From: Octopus sinensis
Lineage: Eukaryota
NCBI RefSeq assembly: GCF_006345805.1
Contig: NW_021827389.1
Span: 1-10,609 of the forward strand
DNA length: 10,609 nt
Reading direction: 5' to 3'
The translations under genes and the position numbers were made by a program. The notes under the pieces were generated by a model. It had not been told where the DNA came from. It ran no database searches and worked only from the letters and a program-made list of their open reading frames with translations. This document shows, piece after piece, positions 1 to 7,040 of the stretch (within the stretch, counting starts at the first letter, position 1; every line of letters begins with the position of its first letter).

Positions 1-83
1 ATATCACTCACGTTGGGTCTTTTTTATCCCGGGGTTTTATAACTTGTGGAATGCCCCACTTATCGGTCAAATAGCAAAACTAA

Positions 84-375
84 GTGACACTCGGTCGGTT
101 ACGATGACGAAGGTTCTAGTTGATTCGATAAATGGAATAACCTATTCGTGAAACTGACCTGCAAGTGGCTGAGTATTCCACAGACATGCGTATCCTTAAC
201 GCCGTTCTCAAAGAGATTCAGAGTGACACAGAATGTGACAAGGCTCATTTTACCAATTGAGTGGACCGGAGCAATAAAGAGTTTTGCCCAAGTACACAAT
301 GCACCCCCGGGAATCGAACTCACGGCTTTACGATCGTGAACCGAATGCTCGAACAACTAAGCCACACGCCTTCAC
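84..375 (-). mobile_element. tRNA-derived SINE (family A; CORE/Meta-like central domain), diverged copy
   Basis: The minus strand reads GTGAAGGCGTGTGGCTTAGTTG (A-box-like TGGCTTAGTTG, 364-354) ... GAGTTCGATTCC (B box, 321-310). It continues TGTACTTGGGCAAAACTCTTTATTGCTCCGGTCCACTCAATTGGTAAAATGAG, resembling the CORE-type SINE domain. A second copy lies at 5258-5408. The 3' boundary is approximate. Confidence 0.75.
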
Positions 376-567
376 TAAAGCTTATGTGTACAGAAGTTGG
401 AGAGCTGATTTCTTGAATTAAGTTGCTCAAGCCCACCAGTGTAGTAACACATCTTGATACCTCGTAAACCCCTAAACCTGCCTAAGGAGTAAATAGACCG
501 TACAATTCAAGGATAAGCTTGCGATAGAAAGAAACTGATAGAGAAAAACTATAAGTATACTAGCAAC

Positions 568-602
568 AGTGGCTGTGGTAAGTAGCTCGCTTACTGCACA
601 TG
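568..602 (+). mobile_element. Truncated 5' head of tRNA-derived SINE (family C)
   Basis: AGTGGCTGTGGTAAGTAGCTCGCTTACTGCACATG aligns with the head of the copy at 3980-4140 (minus: GAGTGGCTGTGTGGTAATAGCTTGCTTACCAACCACATG). Similarity stops where the LINE-like segment begins. Confidence 0.6.
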
Positions 603-604
603 CA

Positions 605-641
605 TTAGTCAGTTACTGCTACACTGGTATTGTCAAGATGT
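605..641 (+). promoter_or_regulatory. Putative internal Pol II promoter (Inr TCAGTT plus downstream AGATG element) of the LINE
   Basis: TCAGTT at 609-614 matches the initiator consensus TCAKTY, at the inferred 5' end of the element. AGATG at 636-640 matches the DPE consensus RGWYV but lies at about +26 rather than the canonical +28. Confidence 0.3.
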
Positions 642-860
642 TGCTTTCGCAGCGCTCTTGAATTGAAGAACGTGGAAGGCGCTACTGTAAGGTAGGCTTT
701 TGCGGGGTGGATTTAGCGAGGTTTTGTTATTTGATATTGTTTTTCTTTTTGCAAATAAGAAATCCTCACTGAGTCGCGGCATTTGTCTGCTTGCAGTCGC
801 GCTAAGTGACTCACTTTGTGTGAGAATTGTTGTTTTGGGGGCGTGTCTTACCTCCAAAAG

Positions 861-1005
861 AAGTTGTGAAATTCGTGGAATTTTACCAAAAGTTGTGAAA
901 TTTGTGGATTTTAAGAAAAAGTTGTGAAATTCGTGGAATTGTACCAAAAATTGTGAAAATTGTGGATTTTACCGAAAAGTTGTGAAATTCGTGCAATTGT
1001 ACCAA
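861..1005 (+). repeat. 5 x 29-bp tandem repeat (consensus AAGTTGTGAAATTYGTGGAATTKTACCAA) with alternating A/B units
   Basis: Units start at 861, 890, 919, 948 and 977, each exactly 29 bp. Units 1/3/5 carry TTCGTG(G/C)AATT and units 2/4 carry TTGTGGATTTT. Confidence 0.95.
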
Positions 1006-1177
1006 TTTATGGAGTTCTGTTCCTGCTGGTGGATTACCCTAAGCCAGGAGTACTGTCGGCCGGAATTGTGCTTTATTGAATTCTGCTGTGTTTTGAATTG
1101 TCTTCCTTCATTCTTCTGTCTTCCTTTTTTCTTCAAACTTTTTTGAACTTGTGTTTGACTTTTTTGAACTTAAAAAC

Positions 1178-2372
1178 ATGGCAAAGAAAGCTGATAATGT
1201 ATTGGAGTGAGAAATTGCCCTAGCCAGACATAAAAAGTCTTGAGGAGAGGACGGTGGTGCTGCGGATGTACTTCATCACCCACTTTAAAAAGATTGATAT
1301 ATAGAGAGATTTGGCGGAATACATACCAACTATAAAATTTATTTCCAGGGGTGTCAAATATGCGACGGTGTGGTTGCTATTTGACACTCGTGAAGAAGCT
1401 CGCAATTTCGCGAGTCAGCCCTTAGAGGGCGAAGATATATTGTTTCTTTACACGTATTGTGGGAAGAAGTTGACAAAGGCTTGGGTCTGCGGGTTGTCAC
1501 CCGGTATAGAACCCGAGTGGATAGAAGTCAATACCCGCCGGGGTCTGGGTGCCTGCGGAGCCAAGCTCCTCAATGTCAAAATTATGCCTGCGGCTGATTG
1601 GGTGGGGTCACAAGTTGTTTTGACCCTATGGACCCAATCAGCCAAGAATCTGGTGTTTCCAGATTTTCTTAAAATGGTTGTAGGTATCCGGTGATTCTTG
1701 AGGGACGCCCCGCCCCCCGAGTGTCACCTGTGCCTGGAACCAGGTCACATTAAAAAGAACTGTCCCCAGGACCATGGTAAGGTCCTGGAACAGTTAGTTA
1801 TGGAAGAACCCCTACCTCTTCCTTCGGAGGGAGAGATGGAGGCAGTGGATACCTTCCCGAAAAAAGTGGAAAAAAAGGAAAAAGGTGGACAACAATGGTT
1901 GTCCACCCAAGGACCCCAAGGCTGCCGGAGGGAAGATCATCCGGTTAAAGCGGAGGAACTACACCCTCTCGTAGCAAAGGGGAAGAAAAGAAGAAAAACG
2001 GGGCAGTGCATGCGGTTAATACACTGCCGGCATGTTCCAAAGACCTGCCGGTGGGAATTTGTGCCACCGACGGTGGAAGTTATGGCCTCGACCCATGTGG
2101 AGGAAGAATTTTTGGTCTTCTTCCACAGGGAAGAGGCGGTGGGAAAGTTTACTAAAAAGTTTGCCAGGGGAGGAGACATGACCTGCATTAAAGATCCTGG
2201 ATGGCTTCCGCAAGTGGATGTGGAGGTCATCTCAGATATGGATCTTTTCAAGGTAATAAACTCCCTCCCAGAAGATGTATTCCGCTTCCGATTAAGGCGC
2301 CCTGACCTGGCACTATCGGTGTGCTTAAGTGAAGCTTTGAGCTTGGTCGGATGCCGGCTGAGCGGAAAATAG
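1178..2372 (+). pseudogene. Degenerate LINE ORF1 (gag-like nucleic-acid chaperone: RRM-like region + CCHC zinc knuckle + low-complexity linker + C-terminal region)
   Basis: ATG in good context (AAAAACATGG) at 1178, with a frameshift within ~20 nt. The main frame then reads YWSEKLP*PDIKSLEERTVVLRMY...IDI*RDLAEYIPTIKFISRGVKYATVWLLFDTREEARNFASQPL...YCGKKLTKAWVCGLSPGIEPEWI (stops at 1221 and 1302). Compensating frameshifts near 1670 and 1711 restore FPDFL-NGCRYPVILEGRP-PECHLCLEPGHIKKNCP (CCHC at 1722-1763), the usual L1/Tx1 ORF1 pre-knuckle pattern. This joins track ORFs 1311-1694 and 1698-2372. Confidence 0.8.
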
Positions 2373-2445
2373 TGAAAGAGGCTGGCGGTCGGCGGGCGCC
2401 GTTCGTTTCCCTCATTCATACTTTTGTATTCATTTCATACGATTA

Positions 2446-2711
2446 AATTTGAACTCAGAACGTAGCGGCAGACTAAATACCTATTTCTTTATTACCCACA
2501 AGGGGCTAAACATAGAGGGGACAAACAAGGACAGACATAGGTATTAAGTCGATTATATCGACCCCAGAGCGTAACTGGTACTTAATTTATCGACCCCGAA
2601 AGGATGAAAGGCAAAGTTGACCTCGGCGGAATTTGAACTCACAACGTAACGACAGACTAAATACCGCTAAACATTTCGCCCGACGTACTAACGTTTCTGT
2701 CAGCTCGCCAC
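2446..2711 (-). mobile_element. tRNA-derived SINE (family B) dimer: full unit 2711-2482 plus truncated second unit 2481-2446
   Basis: Reverse complement of the element at 6318-6709. Head GGCGAGCTGACAGAAACGTTAG, B box GAGTTCAAATTCC, and tail TAAAGAAATA joined directly to GGTATTTAGTCTG of a second unit (184-bp period). Confidence 0.9.
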
Positions 2712-2827
2712 TTTATAATTAATATTATTAGATATTGTATAAAAAAGAAAATTGTTGAAATATTTTGTGGGTTGTAGAAGTATAAACAATTTCTTGCATA
2801 TAATTTTTAACAAACAAAATCTTCTGT

Positions 2828-2876
2828 CGACCCCTAAGGGCCGTATGGACTCTGGTTGAGGACCATTGATGTAGAT
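2828..2876. mobile_element. Possible single terminus of a hAT (Charlie-like) MITE
   Basis: GGTTGAGGACCATTG (2854-2868) is the reverse complement of CAATGGTCCTCAACC, close to the CAGTGGTTCTCAACC hAT-Charlie-type TIR. It is followed by ATGTAGAT, resembling the NTCTAGAN target. No partner TIR was found. Confidence 0.4.
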
Positions 2877-3127
2877 GATGAGATAATCGGAAGGAAAACA
2901 AAATCAAAAACAGAAATATTGCACGATACTCTGGGTGCATGTCAACAAGCCATATTCACACGCGAATGACGGTTGGTCGTACTTAGAGAAAAAAATGTGA
3001 CAATCACACGCAAGTCTGGCGAAAAACAGAAAGAAAAATGAAAGTCTTTAAGCATATCACGCTGCTGACATCTAACGGTCGGCCGCACTCTATAACACCC
3101 GCCTCCACCCCACCAGAAATAATGATA

Positions 3128-3131
<4 letters not shown>

Positions 3132-3163
<32 letters not shown>
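3132..3163. repeat. (TA)n microsatellite
   Basis: Uninterrupted TA run. Confidence 0.95.
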
Positions 3164-3166
<3 letters not shown>

Positions 3167-3317
3167 GTTACAACCCTTTAGTAATTATTATTTCACAGCA
3201 CGACACTAAATATGCCGAAATGCTATTAACATGTTATAAATATTTTATGTAATAACTAATAAAGATTAGACTTTCAGATAGAAAACTGTTTGGCAAGCAT
3301 TAAAACGTGGTGTTATG

Positions 3318-3375
3318 AATATATATATATATATGTATGTATGCATGTATATATATATATGTGTATCTGTATGTT

Positions 3376-3406
<31 letters not shown>

Positions 3407-3645
3407 TATATGGTATTATGTATATATAAACACACACACGATGCAATATCTTTATGTATGCAAACACACACGCACATACCGCACACATTTACACACACAC
3501 ACACATATATGTATGGTGAAATATATGTGTGTCTGTGTGTCTATGTATGTGTGTGGTTATGTATATATATATATATGCATGCATGTATGTATGAATGTAT
3601 GTATGCATGTATGCATGTATGTATCGAACACATATATGCATGCAT
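3318..3645. repeat. Compound degenerate (TA)n/(CA)n/(TG)n/(TATG)n microsatellite
   Basis: Alternating purine-pyrimidine tracts throughout. This explains the YI/HT/CV-rich ORFs 3290-3712, 3313-3504 and 3315-3659. Confidence 0.9.
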
Positions 3646-3710
3646 GGCGCGTAGTCTAGTGGTTAGTGTATTGGGTTTTCGAATTCTCCGGTCAGATCGT
3701 AAGTGCGAAT
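3646..3710 (+). mobile_element. Highly decayed tRNA-like SINE head (family A-like)
   Basis: GGCGCGTAGTCTAGTGGTTAGTGTATTGGG...GATCGTAAGTGCGAAT resembles the head of the 84-375 copy (GGCGTGTGGCTTAGTTGTTCGAGCATTCGG...CCGTGAGTTCGATT). Confidence 0.4.
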
Positions 3711-3942
3711 GAATTGACGGGAAATATTTTGTCCGTCGTTCTAATTCTTCTGCCAGTCACGGCCATATGTCGAATTATATTAAAACAATTGAACTTTAAA
3801 CTGATGTATTATTCAATATCTTTTTGTAAAATATATACTTATGATACCTTTACACAAAGAAGGGTGTCATATTGACTAGGAAGGTTCGGCCGGCAAACTA
3901 ATCCACCGAAGACTCACAGACCGCAGCATCGAAGTCACGTCT

Positions 3943-3945
<3 letters not shown>

Positions 3946-3979
<34 letters not shown>
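3946..3979. repeat. (TA)n microsatellite forming the 3' tail of the adjacent SINE
   Basis: Pure TA run directly abutting the end (CGACGGGCTTC) of the minus-strand SINE. Confidence 0.95.
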
Positions 3980-3980
<1 letters not shown>

Positions 3981-4140
3981 GACGGGCTTCTTTCAGTTTC
4001 CGTCTACCAAATCCACTCACAAGGCTTTGGTCGGCCCGAGGCTATAATAGAAGACACTTGCCCAAGGTGTCACGCAGTGGGACTGATCCCGGAACCATGT
4101 GGTTGGTAAGCAAGCTATTACCACACAGCCACTCATGTGC
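3980..4140 (-). mobile_element. tRNA-derived SINE (family C)
   Basis: Minus strand: GAGTGGCTGTGTGGTAATAGCTTGCTTACCAACCACATGGTTCCGGGATCAGTCCCACTGCGTGACACCTTGGGCAAGTGTCTTCT...GAAAGAAGCCCGTCG then (TA)n. It has A-box-like TGGCTGTGTGG, B-box-like GGATCAGTCCC and CORE-like CCTTGGGCAAGT. A second copy lies at 8039-8186. Confidence 0.88.
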
Positions 4141-4155
4141 GTATGACTATACATA

Positions 4156-4176
4156 ACACACACACACACACAACAC

Positions 4177-4246
<70 letters not shown>
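4156..4246. repeat. (CA)n-(TA)n microsatellite
   Basis: CA run followed by ~66 nt of pure TA. Confidence 0.95.
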
Positions 4247-4247
<1 letters not shown>

Positions 4248-4481
4248 GGAATAAGCACAAACGAAGACGGAAAGTGTCTGTGACGAAAATTTTCCGCACA
4301 CTGGACATGAGTTAGAATAAGGTCAGTAATAAACGAGTGAAGAATGAATATATAGTGCGTGAGTGTAGTTGCCAAAGAAAAAAATGATCGTTCCGAAATA
4401 CAACAATATCTGTTTCAACACACGTCTTCACATAAGGAATCTTGCAACACAAATTCACACACACAAATACATATGTATGTC

Positions 4482-4531
4482 TGTGTGCGTGTGTGTGTGT
4501 GTGTGTGTGTATGTGTGTGTGTGTGTGTGTG

Positions 4532-4563
<32 letters not shown>
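4482..4563. repeat. (TG)n microsatellite
   Basis: TG run with few interruptions. Confidence 0.95.
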
Positions 4564-4971
4564 CAACGCTTTCTAAAATGCAGTATCTGTCTCAAGAAAA
4601 GCGTTCTCTTATAAGACAAATATAGTGTGAAAAAGGTACAAACGGCGGTTGTAGAGTTGCTAAATCCGGATTTCTGCTTCCCTAAGTATCTACTGGTGTC
4701 GCTTACAGAACGAAAATTGGTTACTGGCTGAAATAGCTAAGCAGTGACTGAAAGGTCATTGATGTCGCATTTATCCGCTAGGCTGAATAAGAAATTTGTT
4801 ATTAGCGACGAAAGCAATATTAGTTCAAACAGGCAATCCGTGTGTCACACTTAATGCATATATGTTGTTTAGAGTCTTTAATATTGCATTTAACCAGAGA
4901 AATGCGAAGAAAAGTTACGAGGCACCGGAAGTTAAGTTGTTTTATAGAACGTCACCTACTAAACTGGTATA

Positions 4972-5061
4972 CTGTGTTTGCCTGAAAATAAGACCCGGTC
5001 TTATATTAATTTTGCATCCCCAAAACGCATTAGGGCTTATTTTCGGGGGATGTCTTATATT
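4972..5061. mobile_element. Terminal fragment of a Tc1/mariner-superfamily (Tc2/pogo-like) DNA transposon
   Basis: TA (4970-4971) followed by CTGTGTTTGCCTGAAAATAAGACC, similar to CCGT(G/A)TTT-type Tc2/pogo TIRs. There is an internal palindrome ATAAGACC-C-GGTCTTAT (4988-5004) and an inverted subterminal copy CTTATTTTCGGGG (5036-5048). The other end was not found. Confidence 0.6.
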
Positions 5062-5257
5062 GAATTGAAAGCAAATTACATCAATCCGTCGTCCATAACC
5101 TGGCTCGTCCTTCTTCATCATTGTCCCCTGGTCATTATTGTCTTGTGTCTCAGGACTCACATGGCCGGTCACCCAGTCTCCATGACAATTAAGTGATGGA
5201 AATCACAGCCTCCCCCCACCTTCAGCGGAAGATGATAGGATTTCGTCTGCCGCAGAG

Positions 5258-5408
5258 TTACTCATTTACTACAGAGTGGACTGAGCCAGCTTGAAATGAT
5301 GTGTTTGCTGAAGACCACAATACTACGCCCAGTCTGGTGATCAAAACCTCGATCTTAAGATCTTGAGAGCAGCAACACCCTAGCCACAATGAAGCCACTC
5401 GCCTTCAC
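5258..5408 (-). mobile_element. Old, diverged tRNA-derived SINE (family A-like)
   Basis: CTCATTTACTACAGAGTGGACTGAGC...TGTTTGCTGAAGACCACAAT...AAGCCACTCGCCTTCAC is colinear with 245-375 (CTCATTTTACCAATTGAGTGGACCGGAGC...TTTTGCCCAAGTACACAAT...AAGCCACACGCCTTCAC). Confidence 0.7.
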
Positions 5409-5808
5409 TCGCAAACAATTATTCAAGTCTGCTTCGTTCAGTTTACGAACATTATGTAATTAGAAAAACTTTAGCCAATGGTTGAGAAAAATCTTCTGTA
5501 CACTTTGGAAGTAGAAGAGATTTTAAAAGATTCGTTGAAATGTATTTTGATTGTACGCATCAGAAGACAGGGGAAAGGTATTGATGCCTCACCTACTGTT
5601 AATTCAGCCCTACTTGAGTCACCTTAGACCGCAGTGAGTCTAAGGGACCACTTTAGCAGCATTGCATTATGAACTGGTAAAAACAAGTCTGCGAATTAAT
5701 ACATCTACCTTAATCCGACAAGCTCATGTCAGTCCTACAATAGGGAAAGAAAATTGATATTTCACGTTATTCACATCAAAAAATTTGTTTATACTGCAAT
5801 GCTATATA

Positions 5809-6163
5809 ATTACACTGCGCGCGTAAGCGATAGCGGGATACTGTAGTTCCTCGTCTTTGTGTGTTTTCAAAATTGCTGGAAAACGGCTGAGCGGATTTTC
5901 ACCAAACTTGGCAGAAATGCTCATTGGGTGAGTTGCTCCAACTCATTATTTTGGTTTGTTTATCTTCAAAGCTGGCGGACGGGTGAGTTAAAATGATTTT
6001 TTTTCTTTATTGCATATGCATAAACGACAAGCAGGGAAATAACTCTTGATGTCATTTTATTGAAATATGAATTTGTCTGAGAATATGTTTATTGAATTAA
6101 ATTTTATTTTACTCTTATGTGAGCCCGGGGTATGCAGCACCCCACCGAAACATATTTGTTTTT
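5809..6163 (+). mobile_element. Non-autonomous Helentron-type element (HINE/DINE-1-like)
   Basis: 5' subterminal repeat TACACTGCGCGC (5811-5822) with a nearby inverted partner GCGGGATA (5833-5840), a short GTCT/GTGT tract, and the core AAAACGGCTGAGCGGATTTTCACCAAACTTGG typical of non-autonomous Helitron/Helentron elements. The 3' inverted subterminal repeat GAGCCCGGGGTA (6121-6132; 8/12 match) is followed by a short hairpin and ends in ATTTGTTTTT. Confidence 0.6.
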
Positions 6164-6317
6164 CATATTGTTTATAAAATTTATAGACTTATATGATGCG
6201 TATAGCATTTTCAATAATGTTATTATATAACATGTTAAGCTGAGGTATATATATAATCACACACTTACACACACAAATATAAATATATCTAACCTATATA
6301 GTACTTCAATAAGAAGG

Positions 6318-6709
6318 GCTGGCAGAACGTTAGCACGCCGGACGAAATGCTTAGCGGTATTTCGTCTGCCGCTACGTTCTGAGTTCAAATACCGCCGAGG
6401 TCGACTTTGCCTTTCATCCTTTCGGGGTCAATAAATTAAGTACTAGTTACGCACTGGGGTCGATGTAATCGACTTAATACCTATGTCTATCCTTGTTTGT
6501 CCCCTCTATGTTTAGCCCCTTGTGGGTGATAAAGAAATAGGTATTTCGTCTGTCGTTACGTTCTGAGTTCAAATTCCGCCGAGGTCGACTTTGCCTTTCA
6601 TCCTTTCGGGGTCGATAAAATAAGTACCAGTTTCGCACTGGGGTCGATATAATCGACTTAATCCGTTTGTCCCCTCTGTGTGTAGGCCCTTGTGGGCAGG
6701 AAAGAAATA
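6318..6709 (+). mobile_element. tRNA-derived SINE (family B) head-to-tail dimer with 13-bp target-site duplication
   Basis: Unit 1 is 6318-6539 (B box GAGTTCAAATACC at 6381). Unit 2 is 6540-6709 (B box GAGTTCAAATTCC at 6565; lacks the first ~40 nt including the A box). The flanks AATAAGAAGGGCT (6308-6320) and AATAAGACGGGCT (6706-6718) match 12/13. Confidence 0.92.
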
Positions 6710-7040
6710 AGACGGGCTAATTAAGCTGTTTATCCCTAGAGTGAAAAGTAATTAATTAAGACCCTTAATCGAATTTTGAATCTTATTGGATTCTCATCAG
6801 AGGCATCTGCATCATTTGACCAAAATCAGAGAAGTAAGCAGCCAATTTGCTTATATACTCAACAGGTACACTAGATACAGAAAAGTGGAACAACTAATTT
6901 GCATAATGTAAGTGTCCAGCATCGTATGTGTATAATATATTTACTACTAGCATCGGCTAACTCAAATGTTCGATTAAAACAGACACCCTTCCTTCACATT
7001 AGCACGGTTTAACGCAAATTTAATACATATACACAAACAC

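Larger units (their letters stand above)
603..2447 (+). mobile_element. 5' portion of an L1/Tx1-type non-LTR retrotransposon (5'UTR + ORF1, no ORF2 present)
   Basis: The segment is higher in GC than its flanks, free of microsatellites and bounded by two SINE fragments. It starts with CATTAGTCAGTT, has a ~570-nt UTR with tandem repeats, then a gag-like ORF with CX2CX4HX4C. After the stop there are ~70 nt, ending pyrimidine-rich, before an abrupt junction with a SINE at 2446. Confidence 0.7.

Noticed and set aside
1-10. U12-type AT-AC intron donor at the window start (ATATCACT)
   Set aside because: It does not match ATATCCTT, and the window edge is arbitrary.
300-375. Genuine tRNA genes at the A/B-box-containing segments
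   Set aside because: No complete cloverleaf or acceptor stem could be built. Each continues into a SINE body repeated elsewhere in the window.
99-947. Track ORFs 99-356, 148-339, 633-947 and 700-927
   Set aside because: They are translations of a SINE and of the LINE 5'UTR repeats, mostly with non-ATG starts and no recognisable domains.
861-1005. CRISPR-like array (29-bp repeats with GTTGTGAAAT)
   Set aside because: Units are contiguous with no unique spacers, there are no cas genes, and the context is eukaryotic; it is a simple minisatellite.
1692-1694. Programmed stop read-through or ribosomal frameshift between the two ORF1 halves
   Set aside because: The TGA lies in a stretch where the true frame is shifted by compensating indels. 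Additional stops at 1221 and 1302 show ordinary decay.
1698-2372. LTR-retrotransposon/retroviral gag or a domesticated host zinc-knuckle gene
   Set aside because: No LTRs, PBS, protease or capsid motif. The upstream RRM-like region and EGRP-CCHC pattern fit LINE ORF1, and multiple disablements argue against a functional host gene.
1220-2419. Antisense ORFs 1220-1405, 1448-1645, 1937-2419 and 2016-2213
   Set aside because: Shadow frames opposite ORF1 with no motifs.
3068-3115. GC-rich patch with CTCF-like GACATCTAACGG and GC-box-like CCCGCCTCC as a host promoter/insulator
   Set aside because: Short degenerate matches are expected by chance; there is no linked exon or TSS evidence.
3290-4625. 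YI/CV/HT-rich ORFs (also 7581-7968, 9823-10062, 10048-10609)
   Set aside because: Stop-free translations of di-, tri- and tetranucleotide microsatellites.
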